Source of the DNA: Pirellulales bacterium | GTDB taxonomy: Bacteria > Planctomycetota > Planctomycetia > Pirellulales > JAICIG01 | Length of the DNA: 34,022 bases | Assembly: GCA_040901675.1 (NCBI GenBank) | Contig: JBBDYJ010000018.1 | Coordinates: forward strand, 1-34,022 | Direction: 5' to 3' | Shown here: piece after piece, positions 12,069-22,693 of the stretch | Numbering within the stretch: the stretch's first letter is position 1 | Layout of the letters: every line of letters starts with the position of its first letter | Notes under the pieces: generated by a model | Databases searched by the model: none | The model's input: only the letters and a program-made list of their open reading frames with translations | Told to the model about the DNA's origin: nothing | Translations under genes and position numbers: made by a program

Positions 12069-13481
12069 TTAGATGTCGTAGTAGAGGCAGAACTCGTACG
12101 GGTGCGGCCGCAGCCGCATGGCGTCGACTTCCTTTTCCCGCTTGTACTTGATCCAGGTCTGGATCACGTCGGCGGTGAACACGTCGCCTCGCAGCAGGAA
12201 CTCGTGGTTGCGCTCCAGGGCATCCAGCGCCTCGTCCAGCGAGCCCGGGGTCTTGGGCACTTCGGCCAACTCCTCGGGCGCCAGGTCGTAGATGTCCTTG
12301 TCCAGCGGGTCGCCCGGGCTGATCTTGTTCTGCACGCCGTCGATCACCGCCATCAACATGGCCGCGAACGCAAGGTACGGGTTGCAGCTCGGGTCGGGGC
12401 AGCGGAACTCAACCCGCTTGGCCTTGGGGCTGGGGCTGTACATCGGAATCCGGCAGCAGGCCGAACGGTTCCGTTGCGAATAGGCCAGGTTGACCGGCGC
12501 TTCATAGCCGGGCACCAACCGCTTGTAGCTGTTGGTGGTCGGGCAGGCGAAGGCCAGCAGGCTGGGGGCGTGCTTCAAGAGCCCGCCGATGGCGTGCAAG
12601 GCCATCTCGCTGAGCCCGGCGTAGCCGCTGCCGGCGAAGAGCGGCTCGCCCCCCTTCCAGAGCGAAATGTGGGTGTGCATGCCGGAACCGTTGTCGCCGA
12701 AGAGCGGCTTGGGCATGAAGGTCACGGTCTTGTTGTGCCGCCTGGCGACGTTCTTGATGATGTATTTGTACATCATCATGCTGTCGGCCATCTTCACGAG
12801 GCTCTGGAATCGCAGATCGATTTCGGCCTGTCCGGCGGTCCCCACCTCGTGATGCTGTGCTTCGACTTCCAGTCCGCAATCGACCATGGTCTGCATCATC
12901 TCGTTGCGGATGTTCATCATCTGGTCGGCCGGCGGCACGGGGAAATAACCCTCCTTGTACCGCAGCTTGGAGCCGAGATTGGGCTTTTCATCCCGGCCGC
13001 GGTTCCATTCCCCCTCGACGCTGTCGATGTGGTAATAGCCCTCGTTGGGCCTCTGGTCGTAGCGGATGTCGTCAAAGATGTAGAACTCCGCCTCGGGCCC
13101 GCAGTTGCAGGTGTCGGCAATGCCGGTGCTCTTCAGGTAATTGACCGACTTGCGGGCGACGTTGCGGGGGTCGCGCGTGTAGTCCTCGCGCGTGATCGGA
13201 TCCTGGATGTTGCAAATCATCCCGATCGTGGGGATGGTGGTGAAGGGATCCAACACGGCGGTTTCCGGCTGCGGCACGACGAGCATGTCGCTTTCGTTGA
13301 TGGCCTGCCAACCGCGGATGCTGGAGCCGTCGAAGCCGAGCCCGTCTTCGAACACGTCCTCGTCGAGCTTGTTTACCGGGATGGTAAAGTGCTGCCAAAT
13401 TCCCGGGAAATCCATGAACCGCAAGTCAACCGCCTTGACGTCCTTTTCCCGGCACAACGCCAATACCTCTTTGGGCTTCAC
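12069..13481 (-). CDS. glnA: type I glutamine synthetase (GSI-beta)
   Basis: [44 protein letters not shown] and adenylylation loop DKDIYDL; GTG start with GGAGG RBS gives 470 aa. Confidence 0.98.
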   Translation of the reverse strand: MKPKEVLALCREKDVKAVDLRFMDFPGIWQHFTIPVNKLDEDVFEDGLGFDGSSIRGWQAINESDMLVVPQPETAVLDPFTTIPTIGMICNIQDPITREDYTRDPRNVARKSVNYLKSTGIADTCNCGPEAEFYIFDDIRYDQRPNEGYYHIDSVEGEWNRGRDEKPNLGSKLRYKEGYFPVPPADQMMNIRNEMMQTMVDCGLEVEAQHHEVGTAGQAEIDLRFQSLVKMADSMMMYKYIIKNVARRHNKTVTFMPKPLFGDNGSGMHTHISLWKGGEPLFAGSGYAGLSEMALHAIGGLLKHAPSLLAFACPTTNSYKRLVPGYEAPVNLAYSQRNRSACCRIPMYSPSPKAKRVEFRCPDPSCNPYLAFAAMLMAVIDGVQNKISPGDPLDKDIYDLAPEELAEVPKTPGSLDEALDALERNHEFLLRGDVFTADVIQTWIKYKREKEVDAMRLRPHPYEFCLYYDI

Positions 13482-13604
13482 AGTGTCCCCCTCCAATCGG
13501 TAAACAAACGGGTCCAGAAGGTGCTTTTGACCGGAGGGCAAGACCCAGCGTGCCTGGCACGCTCGGCCGCAATCGACCCCCCGGTAAACAGGCCGGCGAA
13601 TAAA

Positions 13605-13620
13605 AGCAAACCAGGTGCCG
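13605..13620 (-). promoter_or_regulatory. sigma54 (-24/-12) promoter of glnA
   Basis: Minus strand CGGCACCTGGTTTGCT = GG-N10-GC, close to the TGGCAC-N5-TTGC consensus. Confidence 0.75.
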
Positions 13621-13708
13621 CCCGGCCAGTCGAATCGGCATCATAGCGCATAATTGCCGCCTTACAATGGGCTTGCGCAATTTTTCCCAAAACGGCGGGC
13701 ACATAGGT

Positions 13709-13725
13709 TGCACAAACAATGGGCA
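13709..13725. promoter_or_regulatory. NtrC-like enhancer site
   Basis: TGCACAAACAATGGGCA compared with consensus TGCACCA-N3-TGGTGCA, about 90 bp upstream of the sigma54 element. Confidence 0.55.
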
Positions 13726-13830
13726 GTCTGTGAAGGCAGGCTAGGCACGCAGCACCGAATTTCATTCCGTTTGCCGCTTTAGCACTCGCCTGTGGGGAAA
13801 GACAAACGGAATGAATTTCGTTCTACCGGT

Positions 13831-16281
13831 TCAATGCCCACCGGCTGCTGAAGCGGCGTGGGCCGAGGCCTCGCCGACGGGCACGGCCGGGCGGCGTGCC
13901 CGCGGCTTGTGCAAAAGCGCCAGGAAGGCCGGCACCAGCACCGGGCGGACCACCATCGTGTCGAGCACGACGCCCAGCGAGAGGGCGAATCCCAGCTCCA
14001 ACATGCCGCGCAGCGTGCCGAACATCATCGAGAGAAAGGTGCCGGCCATGATCACGCCGCAACTGGTGATGATTCCTCCGGTGCGGACCACGGCCTGCCT
14101 GAGCCCTTCGAGAGGCCCCCAGCGGCGCTGCTCTTCGAAGACGCGCGTCACCAGGTAAATGTTGTAGTCCTCGCCCACCGCCGTCAGAATCACAAACAAG
14201 AAGATCGGCACCTTCCAGTCCAGGCCGTCGAACGACGGGTACAACCAGCCGAATACCAGCTCGGTCGCCCCGATCGTCACCAGGTAACTGAACAGCACCG
14301 TTACGATCAGGTAGAGGCAGATCAGCGGCCGGCGGAGGATCACGATCAACACCATCAAGACGGCGACCACGACCAGACGCTGGATCAAGACCTGGTCGCT
14401 CTGCGTGACTGCCTTCAGGTCACGCACACCGGCGGTCGTCCCGGCGTAGACGAAACTGGTGCCGTGCCAGGGAGATTCCGGGTTGTTGGAGAGCCCTCGC
14501 AGGATCCGGTCGATTTGGTCCAGGGTCTCCACCGCTGTCCTTGAGAACGGATCGACGGCGAGGATCACGTCCAGCCGCGTCACCTCGCCCCGAAAGCCTG
14601 GCGCCTGCGAAAGGTAAATGGCCGTCGATTGCGGGTGCTTGCGGGCCGCCAGCTTTCGCCGGCCCGCCGCGCTGAACGGGTTGAAAAGTCCCGGCCGATC
14701 GCCGAGCGGCTCGGCCAGGCTCCGCACGCTCTGCACGCCCGGCAGGTCGTACAGCAGCTTGGTCAGCCGGGCGATCTCCTGCTCCTGTTCGGGAGTGTCG
14801 AACATGGCCCCCTCCCGATGGGCCAAGATCGTCACCGGACCGGTGTCGCCCGCATAAAAGTGCCGGCGGAGCAGGCGAGTGCCCTGGACGCTGGGCCGGT
14901 CGTCCCGCAGCTCGCCCAGCAGGTCATAACTCACGTCGACGGAGAGGCCGCGCCAGGCCAAGGGCGACAACACAAACAGGCTTGCCAGCAGGATGGTGCC
15001 GGGCCGTGCGATGATGGCCCGGCTGGTGAAGTCCCAGAAGCCGCCAAACAGGCCGCCGTCGACCGGGGCCGCCCCGCGCGCCGCCTCGCCCCCCGGCCGG
15101 GAAAGAGCGCACCGCCACGTATTTCCCCCGTCTATCGAATATTCGACGCGCCCCGCCTCGCCGCCACGCTGGGAAAGAGCACTGCCAAACGGCCAGAACA
15201 CCGCGCCGCCCACGGCCCGCAGCAGGGCCGGCGCCAATGTCAGGCAGGCGGCCAGCGCAACGGCCAGGCAGAGGCCGATGGCCGGCCCGCTGTTGCGGTA
15301 TTTTTCGAAATCGGCAAAGAACATCGTCGACAGGCCCAGAATGGTCGTCAGCGCGCTGCCGACAAGCGCCTTGCCCACGTGACCCAGGGCCCGGGCAACC
15401 GCTTGTTTCGAGTCCAAGCCCGCTTCGAGCTCCTCCTTGTAGCGGGAGATCAGAAACAGGCAGAAGTCGGTGCCCGAGCCGAACAAGATGACGACCACGA
15501 AAATCTTGGTCGTCTTGAAGACTTTGAAATCGAGCCACTCGAGCCATGCCACGCGGTGCGCCTGGGTCAGCAGGGCCACCAGGTCCAGCGAAACCGCCAC
15601 GGCCACCGCGATCGTGGCCAATGGAATGAGGACGAGCACGGGCGCGCGGTACACCAGCAGCAAGATGACCACCACCAGCACGACCGTGGCCACCTCCGTG
15701 TTGCGGACGCTCTGGGCCGCCGAGGCGAGCATATCGCCCCCAATGGCCGCCGACCCCGTCACGCCCAGCCTCAGTCCCTCCGGCAGGCGCTCGAGCTGCC
15801 GGGTCTCTTCCAGGACCTGCTCGACTTTCTCGAGAGCCTGGATGTTGCTGATGGCCATGAACTCATGCTTGAAGAGCAGCACGGCCAAGGCGGCCTTGCG
15901 GTCGGGACTGACCAGCTTTTTGCCGATGACCTCGGTCCAGGGGGTCCAAACCTCCATGATCTCCAGCCCATGATCGCCGCCGGGCTGAAACTGCTGGGCC
16001 AGATGGTCCAGCACGCGGCGGTCGTCGGACGACAATGGACGGTCGGAGCGGGCAACGACCAGCACGAGTTGGCTCTTGGAGCGGTTGCCGGGAAAGGCCC
16101 GAGCCAGCAGGCGCTCGCCCTGGACGCTCGTCATGCGAGCCGGGAGGTAGGCCAGGTCGCCGTCGTGCGTTACGGCGTCCCAGGGCAGGGCGGCGTAATC
16201 CACGCCCACCGCCAGGGCGGCCCAGGCGATAATCACCAGCACCCAATGTCGAGCAACAAAACCGCCGAGCCGCTGGTACAT
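13831..16281 (-). CDS. MMPL family RND transporter
   Basis: Two TM bundles with FGSGTDFCLFLISRYKEE and AVGEDYNIYLVTRVFEE; GGIITSCGVIMAGTF. Confidence 0.93.
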   Translation of the reverse strand: MYQRLGGFVARHWVLVIIAWAALAVGVDYAALPWDAVTHDGDLAYLPARMTSVQGERLLARAFPGNRSKSQLVLVVARSDRPLSSDDRRVLDHLAQQFQPGGDHGLEIMEVWTPWTEVIGKKLVSPDRKAALAVLLFKHEFMAISNIQALEKVEQVLEETRQLERLPEGLRLGVTGSAAIGGDMLASAAQSVRNTEVATVVLVVVILLLVYRAPVLVLIPLATIAVAVAVSLDLVALLTQAHRVAWLEWLDFKVFKTTKIFVVVILFGSGTDFCLFLISRYKEELEAGLDSKQAVARALGHVGKALVGSALTTILGLSTMFFADFEKYRNSGPAIGLCLAVALAACLTLAPALLRAVGGAVFWPFGSALSQRGGEAGRVEYSIDGGNTWRCALSRPGGEAARGAAPVDGGLFGGFWDFTSRAIIARPGTILLASLFVLSPLAWRGLSVDVSYDLLGELRDDRPSVQGTRLLRRHFYAGDTGPVTILAHREGAMFDTPEQEQEIARLTKLLYDLPGVQSVRSLAEPLGDRPGLFNPFSAAGRRKLAARKHPQSTAIYLSQAPGFRGEVTRLDVILAVDPFSRTAVETLDQIDRILRGLSNNPESPWHGTSFVYAGTTAGVRDLKAVTQSDQVLIQRLVVVAVLMVLIVILRRPLICLYLIVTVLFSYLVTIGATELVFGWLYPSFDGLDWKVPIFLFVILTAVGEDYNIYLVTRVFEEQRRWGPLEGLRQAVVRTGGIITSCGVIMAGTFLSMMFGTLRGMLELGFALSLGVVLDTMVVRPVLVPAFLALLHKPRARRPAVPVGEASAHAASAAGGH

Positions 16282-16518
16282 GGCCTGCGCCTGGGTTGCC
16301 GCGCCGATAATGCATCCCTACCGGGGTGCGCCAACTCGCATAAGCCGTGCCCACCATGGGAGGTTGCCCCGGCAATTTTCCGCGAGGCAGCATTGATGGT
16401 ACCGGTCCCAGGCAAGCAATCCAAGGGTACCTGGGGTCAGCGTCCCGCGAAACTCGGGCGAGTCTCAAGCTACGGCAGGGGGCCGCGTGAGCGGGAACCG
16501 AGGCCTGAATTCTGATTT

Positions 16519-16562
16519 TGGGCTTCCCAGCCCGTATGGACGGCGTAGGAACGCCATCCTAC
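16519..16562. repeat. degenerate REP-like inverted pair
   Basis: TGGGCTTCCCAGCCCGT followed by GACGGCGTAGGAACGCCATCCTAC (ends in CTAC, the reverse complement of GTAG). Confidence 0.4.
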
Positions 16563-16656
16563 GACAGGAGGTGAGTGCTTGCCTAAACGGCCCAGTTTGG
16601 GTATACAGCGCAGACGGAAAACTTGCCGGCAACCAAGAGCCCGAAAGGAGTGGTCC

Positions 16657-17073
16657 ATGAAACGCGGCATGTTTGCGCTGCTGGTGTTGGCGGGGCTATT
16701 GGCGATGGCTCAACCAGCGATGGCCTTTCACCGGCACCGCTGCCGCGGCAGCCATTGCGGCCGCTTCTTTGCCGGGCGGCACGGCCACGGTGGCTGTCCG
16801 TATGGCGGCTGCGGGCACGGCGCCACCTATTCCGGGGCCTACGCCAGCATGTACGGCCAGTTCGCCAGCTACTATCCGAACCCGCCCCCGATCGCCTACG
16901 GCAGTGCCCGCATCGTCCGCGCGGCGCCGGCGGCGCGCGTCAGTGGATATCGCTATCCGAGCTATGGCTTCGGATATCCGATGGCCTATCCGGGCCGTCC
17001 GTATTTCCCAAGCGATTGGTCCGACTATGGGAGCTACCGCTACGCAGCCGGATCGTGGTACGGCACCCGGTGA
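16657..17073 (+). CDS. small secreted Gly/Tyr/His/Cys-rich hypothetical protein
   Basis: AAGGAG RBS, MKR + hydrophobic signal ending AMA, low-complexity mature part. Confidence 0.8.
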   Translation: MKRGMFALLVLAGLLAMAQPAMAFHRHRCRGSHCGRFFAGRHGHGGCPYGGCGHGATYSGAYASMYGQFASYYPNPPPIAYGSARIVRAAPAARVSGYRYPSYGFGYPMAYPGRPYFPSDWSDYGSYRYAAGSWYGTR

Positions 17074-17085
17074 GGCGGGAAGCCG

Positions 17086-18798
17086 TCAGCGGCTGGCCGG
17101 TTGCAGCCGAGCTTCGCGCAGGGCGGCTTCGAAGGCCGCGTCGCTGCCGATTGAGGGTGCGTGCGCGCCGGTCTCGCCGATCGCGGGACGAGCAGCTTGT
17201 TGGACGAGCACGTCGGGCTGGACGCCGACGTCGCTGTACGCTCGGCCCTTGGGCGAGTAGAACTTGGCCGTGGTCAGCCTCAGGCCGGAGTTGGCCAAGG
17301 TGAGCGGGAAGATCCCCTGCACCGACCCCTTGCCGTAGCTGCGGCCCCCCACGATGCGGCCCCGGCGATGGTCGCGGATAGCTCCGGCAAAAATCTCGCT
17401 GGCGCTGGCGCTGTCGCCGTCGATCAGCACCACCAGCGGCATCCGCCAGGTGCCGGCCTGCCGTGCCGAGTAGGTGAAGTCTTCCTGGGGGCTGCGGCCG
17501 CGGGTCGATACGATGATGCCCCGGTCGAGGAACCTGTCGGCCACGTCGACCGCCGTATTCAGGAGGCCTCCCGGATTGCCCCGCAGGTCGATGACCAGGC
17601 TTTTCATGCCGGCGGCGTGCAGCCTCCGCAGGGCAAGATCGAGGTCGCGCGAGGTGGTCTTCTGGAAGCAAGTGAGCTTGAGATAGGCGATGCCCAAGGA
17701 CTCATCGACGATCCGCGCGTCGTCGATGCTGGGCACGTCGACGTGCTCGCGGCGGATCCGCAGCGTGCGCGGGGCGGTGCCGGCCGAGGCGGCGGTGACT
17801 TCGACCCAACTCCCCTCCTTGCCCTGGAGGAGGTTGGCGGCCTGGTCGGTGGTCAACTCGGCGGTTGAGGCGCCGTCGACCGCGACAATCCGGTCGCCGG
17901 GACGGATGCCGCCCCGTTCGGCCGGGCTTTGCGGAATCACCTTGACGATCGCCAGCGCGCCGTCGGCCGCCTTCAACTCGATGCCCAGCCCGACGAAGTT
18001 TCCCTCGATCTGGGCATAGACCTCGTTGAGCTGACCGGCCGTGAGGTAGGTGGAGTAGGCGTCCAGGGAGTTGCCGGCCGCGCAGGTGTACTCGACGATG
18101 GCCACGGTTTCGCTGAGACCCAACTGTTCACGACTCAGGCGTCCGGCCGCGGCAGCCACGGCCTGGGCGGCCTGGCGGCTGTCGACCGGCGCGATCGGCA
18201 ATAGCGAGCGGAACTGCCGGCGGAAATGGTCGATCTGTGCCTTGGGAACGTGGGGAAGATTCGTTTCCAGGAAGAGGGGGTCGGACAGGGCCACTTCGAA
18301 TCCGCGGGAGCCATGTTCGACGAGTCGCCGCCAGTCGGGCGACTCGACGTAGTGCGACTGGATTTTGAGCAGCACTTCGCCATATAGATTCAACGCGTCG
18401 CGGGCCGACATCGCGGCCAGCGATTGGCGGAAGCTGTTGTCCGCGTAGCGCCGCCCCAGATCGTAATGGGTGCGGCTCAGTTGCAGCCGTTGTTGGATCA
18501 GGCCCCGTTCGGCCTGCAGTTGATGGTTGGAATCGCGGCCGGCGGCTGGCTCGGGAAGATCGACCGGCAGCCCATGGGGGAACTGACGCAGCGCGTCTTC
18601 GTACAGCGTGAGCGCTTCGCCCCAGCGGCGCTGCGTTTCCAGCAGGCGGCCCCGGTCGAGCAGGGCGTCGATGGCCGACGACCTGAGGCTGGCCGGTGCA
18701 ATGCGGACGGTTGAAGGCTGCTGGCCCCAAGCGACCAGCGGAAGAGACGCGAACCAGGCAACGAGCCAGAAGACGCCGATGTAGACCCTAGGTCGCAT
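17086..18798 (-). CDS. S41 family carboxyl-terminal processing protease with PDZ domain
   Basis: GNFVGLGIE, IDLRGNPGGLL, SASASEIFAGAI, SYGKGSVQ motifs; start uncertain (18798 or 18810). Confidence 0.93.
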   Translation of the reverse strand: MRPRVYIGVFWLVAWFASLPLVAWGQQPSTVRIAPASLRSSAIDALLDRGRLLETQRRWGEALTLYEDALRQFPHGLPVDLPEPAAGRDSNHQLQAERGLIQQRLQLSRTHYDLGRRYADNSFRQSLAAMSARDALNLYGEVLLKIQSHYVESPDWRRLVEHGSRGFEVALSDPLFLETNLPHVPKAQIDHFRRQFRSLLPIAPVDSRQAAQAVAAAAGRLSREQLGLSETVAIVEYTCAAGNSLDAYSTYLTAGQLNEVYAQIEGNFVGLGIELKAADGALAIVKVIPQSPAERGGIRPGDRIVAVDGASTAELTTDQAANLLQGKEGSWVEVTAASAGTAPRTLRIRREHVDVPSIDDARIVDESLGIAYLKLTCFQKTTSRDLDLALRRLHAAGMKSLVIDLRGNPGGLLNTAVDVADRFLDRGIIVSTRGRSPQEDFTYSARQAGTWRMPLVVLIDGDSASASEIFAGAIRDHRRGRIVGGRSYGKGSVQGIFPLTLANSGLRLTTAKFYSPKGRAYSDVGVQPDVLVQQAARPAIGETGAHAPSIGSDAAFEAALREARLQPASR

Positions 18799-19305
18799 GG
18801 GTACTCGCATAATGGAGGGGGCGACAACGTCACCCACCGATGCGCGCCCAGAGCGACCCCGGCAGGGGGAGGGGTCCGCAGCGTTGCGGTGGGAGCCGTG
18901 CCTTACGGTGTGGGAGCAGGATTGCCAAGTCGGTCAAGCCGCCGGAAACGGGTCTAGCTCTCCGGCAGTTGGAGTATAGATTACGTTTTGCCGGTCGTCA
19001 AAAAGTCGGGCGAAAAAGTTCTCCGCTTACCCCGGCGCAACCGTCAAGTCCGCCACCGCCGGCAGGCAGGGGCGCAGCCCGGTGCGCCGCCGGCAACGAT
19101 GGTATCCCCGGCGCCGGCCGTAACGGTCGAACGGACTAGACTGACGCCAGAGCGTACAGTCCGCTCAAGAACAGAGCTCTGCGGAGAGGGCCGCCGGCGC
19201 CAGATGCGCCGTGCCTGCGAATCCCTTCACTTCCCGCGGCAAGGCCGCGCGTCCGCAAGGGATAATACGAATCGTGCCGGCCGTTGGTTCGTCGTGTGCC
19301 TTTGC

Positions 19306-20340
19306 TCACACCTGGACCAACTTACGGCGTTGGACCGACTGCGTCTGCCGGTGGCACAGCACCAGGGCGTCGAGCGCCAGGTCGGCCGCAAGCAGCCGGG
19401 AAGGCTTGCCGTCGCGGACCCGCGCCACCGCCTCGCCCAGTTCCGCCTCGAAGGCCTCGACCTGGGGCAGCTTGGGGGCGGATACCTTGCCGTCGCGCGT
19501 CAGCACGGTGAACGGCACGTTCAGCTTGGGTTGTCCGCCCAGGATGGCGAAGTCGTAAAGCAGCGTGGCCCGCTCCAGGTAGATCTCGAAGGCATGCGTG
19601 AAACCACGCCCCTGCTGGTCGATGACCCCGCTGGTGGCCGTGATCGAAAGCTCCGCCTCGGCGAACAGGAACTGCGTGTTGACGAACTTAACAACCTTTC
19701 CCCGCCGGCGGCCGGTGCTGAACACGGCCCGAGGCATCCCGCACAGCAAGCGGATGAAGTGCGCATCGTGAATGTGCAGATCCACCACGGGACCTCCCAC
19801 GCGGCTGGGGTCGTAAAAATCCTTGATCCACAGCGGGTCGCTGATGATCCGCTTGAAATGGGCGCCCAGCAGCTTGCCGTATTTGCCTCCCGTCACCAGC
19901 TTGTGCGCCTGGGCATACTCGGGAAAGAACGGGAGGACCTGGCCCACCATCAACAGCTTGCCCGTTCGCTGGGCCGCTCGCACCATCCGCTCGCCGTCGG
20001 CCGGGGTCAGGGCGAGCGGTTTCTCGACCAGCACGTGCTTGCCGGCGGCCAGTGCGGCAATCGCCACCTCGGCGTGCAGCGCGGGCGGCAGGCAGATATC
20101 GACCAGGTCGATGGCCGGGTCGGCGACCAGCGCCTGCCACTGGGGATAGCGGGCGATCTTGCCCAGGTCCATTTTGGCGCCTGGCGGGCCGAAGTTGCCC
20201 TGGATGCCTCGCCAATCGCCGGCCAGCCGTTTGGGATCGCGCGTGGCAATCGCGGCCACCCGCGCCCCGCGCAGCTTCTGGTACGCCAGGTAATGGATCA
20301 TGCCCATGAAGCCGATGCCCACGATGCCGACTCTGACCAT
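19306..20340 (-). CDS. Gfo/Idh/MocA family oxidoreductase
   Basis: GIVGIGFMG, GKHVLVEKP, DLHIHD. Confidence 0.93.
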   Translation of the reverse strand: MVRVGIVGIGFMGMIHYLAYQKLRGARVAAIATRDPKRLAGDWRGIQGNFGPPGAKMDLGKIARYPQWQALVADPAIDLVDICLPPALHAEVAIAALAAGKHVLVEKPLALTPADGERMVRAAQRTGKLLMVGQVLPFFPEYAQAHKLVTGGKYGKLLGAHFKRIISDPLWIKDFYDPSRVGGPVVDLHIHDAHFIRLLCGMPRAVFSTGRRRGKVVKFVNTQFLFAEAELSITATSGVIDQQGRGFTHAFEIYLERATLLYDFAILGGQPKLNVPFTVLTRDGKVSAPKLPQVEAFEAELGEAVARVRDGKPSRLLAADLALDALVLCHRQTQSVQRRKLVQV

Positions 20341-20423
20341 TTTTGCGAATCCTGGGTTGCGTCTGTCTTGTGGTTTTGGACGGTTTGCCCGTCCGATCCA
20401 CTCGCACCACGTTGATATGAAGC

Positions 20424-20894
20424 TCAGCCGCCGCCCTGCTGCGCCGAAGCCTCGAAGCGCTTGCTTATCTCCTCGGGCGAGAGGTCTTCCTTGTGAGTGG
20501 CGATGGTCCAGGTGTGCCCGAAAGGGTCCGTCAAGGTGCCGGACCGGTCGCCGTAAAACTGGTCCTGCAGAGGCCGGACCTCCTTCGCGCCCGCGGCAAT
20601 GGCCTGCCGAAAGCGCTTGTCCACGTCTTCGACATAGAGAACGATGCTCACCGGCGAGCCCCCGAAAGATTCCGGACTTCGAATGCCCATCTCCGGGAAC
20701 TCGTCGGCCAGCATGATTGGCGAGTTGCCGATCTTGATCTCGGCATGCCCCACCTTGCCGCTCGGGTCGGCCATCCGCACCATTTCGGTGGCCCCGAAGG
20801 CCTTCTTGTAGAACTCGATCGCGCGGGCCGCGTCCTTGACGATAAGATACGCAGTTGCGGTGTAGTAGCCGTCCGGGATCGCTTTGACTGCCAT
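20424..20894 (-). CDS. VOC/glyoxalase (PhnB-like) protein
   Basis: AIEFYKKAFGA, HAEIKIG, DQFYGDRSGTLTDPFGHTW; GGAGG RBS. Confidence 0.92.
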   Translation of the reverse strand: MAVKAIPDGYYTATAYLIVKDAARAIEFYKKAFGATEMVRMADPSGKVGHAEIKIGNSPIMLADEFPEMGIRSPESFGGSPVSIVLYVEDVDKRFRQAIAAGAKEVRPLQDQFYGDRSGTLTDPFGHTWTIATHKEDLSPEEISKRFEASAQQGGG

Positions 20895-20895
20895 T

Positions 20896-22413
20896 TCAGT
20901 GCCTCCTTGGTTGTTGCCCAGCTTCAATTATTGACGAAAATCGCTGATACGCCTCATTCCAACGGGCCTGGTCGCTCGGCTCGTATCGCTTCGTCGGAAA
21001 GCTGCGCCGGATGACGTCGCGAGCCTCAGACAACGAGCCGACGGCGCCGGCGGCCATGGCTTGAACCATCAGGTTGCCGATCGCCGTGGCCTCGACCGGC
21101 CCGGACAACACCGTCCGCTGGCAGGCATCGGCCGTGGCCTGGCAGAGCTGCTCGTTCTGACTGCCGCCGCCGACCACGTGGATGGTTTCGATCCGGGTCG
21201 AACACAAGCCTTCGAGCCCGTCGAGCACCTTGCGGCACTTGAGCGCCAGGCTCTCGATCGCCGTCCGCACGGTCGCCCCTTCGCCGGCCGGCGGAGCCTG
21301 ACCGGTGCGGGCGCAGTACCCGCGGATCGCATCGGGCATGTCGCCGGGCGCCAGGAAAGATTCGTCGTCGGGATCGATCCAGGCGGCCATCGAGGGGGCG
21401 GCCGCCGACAGGCGGTTCAGCTCTTCCCAGGAAAAATCGCGGCCGGCCTGCCGCCAGATGCGGCGGCACTCCTGCACCAGCCACAGGCCCGTGATGTTCT
21501 TCAAGAGCCTGGTCGTGCCTTCGACTCCCCCTTCGTTGGTGTAGTTCAGGCGCCGGCATTCTTCATGGATCACCGGCCGCGGCACTTCGACCCCCATCAG
21601 CAACCAGGTGCCCGAGCTGATGTAGCACCAGTCGGGTTGTTGGCTGGCGACCGTCGAAGCCGGCACGGCCGCCACGGCGCTGGCCGTGTCGTGCGTGGGG
21701 GGCAGGACCACGCCGACGTTCGCCAGGCCGGTGCCGGCCGCCACGTCGGCCCGCAGCGGTCCCAGCGCGGTGGCGGGCTGGGCGATGTGGCCCAGCACGT
21801 GGGTGGGCAGGTTCAGCCGCTCCAAGAGCTCGGTTGCCCATCCGCCCCGGGTGGGATTGAAGAACTGCGTCGTCGTGGCGTTGGTGAACTCGTTGACCTT
21901 GATGCCGGTGAGAAGCCAATGGAACAGGTCGGGCATCATCAACAGCGACTGGGCCATGTCCAACAACGGCGAGCCGTGTACGCGCATCGCCAGCAATTGA
22001 TAGAGCGTGTTGATCGGCATGAACTGCAGGCCGGTCTGGGCGAAGATTTCTTCGCGGCTCACCGTGGCCAGCGCCCGATCGAGCATCCCTTCGCTGCGCG
22101 GATCGCGGTACGAGTGGGGATTGCCCAAGAGCACGTCGCCTCGCCCCAGCAGGGCGAAGTCGACCCCCCAAGTGTCCACGCCGACGCTCACAACCCGCCC
22201 CCCGAATCGCGACGACGCCTCGCCCAGGCCGTGGCACACCTCGTTCCACAATCCCAGCACGTCCCAGAACAATCCGCCGGCAGCGCTGATGGCGCCGTTT
22301 TCGAAGCGGTGCAGTTCGGCCAGCTCCAGTCGGCCGCCGTCGAACAGGCCGGCCAGCACTCGCCCGCCCGAGGCACCCATGTCCACGGCCACATAAGCTT
22401 GCTGGGCTGTCAT
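20896..22413 (-). CDS. rhaB: rhamnulokinase (FGGY family)
   Basis: AVDMGASGGR, GVDTWGVDF, HDTASAV, YISSGTW, TNEGG, LLKNITGLW, GPVEATAIGN. Confidence 0.9.
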   Translation of the reverse strand: MTAQQAYVAVDMGASGGRVLAGLFDGGRLELAELHRFENGAISAAGGLFWDVLGLWNEVCHGLGEASSRFGGRVVSVGVDTWGVDFALLGRGDVLLGNPHSYRDPRSEGMLDRALATVSREEIFAQTGLQFMPINTLYQLLAMRVHGSPLLDMAQSLLMMPDLFHWLLTGIKVNEFTNATTTQFFNPTRGGWATELLERLNLPTHVLGHIAQPATALGPLRADVAAGTGLANVGVVLPPTHDTASAVAAVPASTVASQQPDWCYISSGTWLLMGVEVPRPVIHEECRRLNYTNEGGVEGTTRLLKNITGLWLVQECRRIWRQAGRDFSWEELNRLSAAAPSMAAWIDPDDESFLAPGDMPDAIRGYCARTGQAPPAGEGATVRTAIESLALKCRKVLDGLEGLCSTRIETIHVVGGGSQNEQLCQATADACQRTVLSGPVEATAIGNLMVQAMAAGAVGSLSEARDVIRRSFPTKRYEPSDQARWNEAYQRFSSIIEAGQQPRRH

Positions 22414-22693
22414 TGGTCAGTGCCAGGAGATGATTCTTAGATGCACGCCGGCAGCAGGGCCGCGTGACCATGGATGGTGACTTTCGCGGCTTTGGGAGTC
22501 AAGCATTTCGCCCTAAACGACTTGCGCTCAGGGTCCGAAGTGCTGGCCCCACGGGCACGGACCCGCAAAACCGGCACAGGTTGAAGAAGAGGCCCGGCGA
22601 TCGACGATACCATCGAAAGACAGTATAGTTGACTTTGGTGAGCATCATTAGTAGCATTGGCTGCCAAGGGATCCAATCGAGGTGTTTTTAGGG

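Noticed and set aside
18840..19300. ORFs or an RNA gene in the protease-oxidoreductase intergenic region
   Set aside because: No recognisable protein motif, tRNA cloverleaf or riboswitch consensus could be supported by eye
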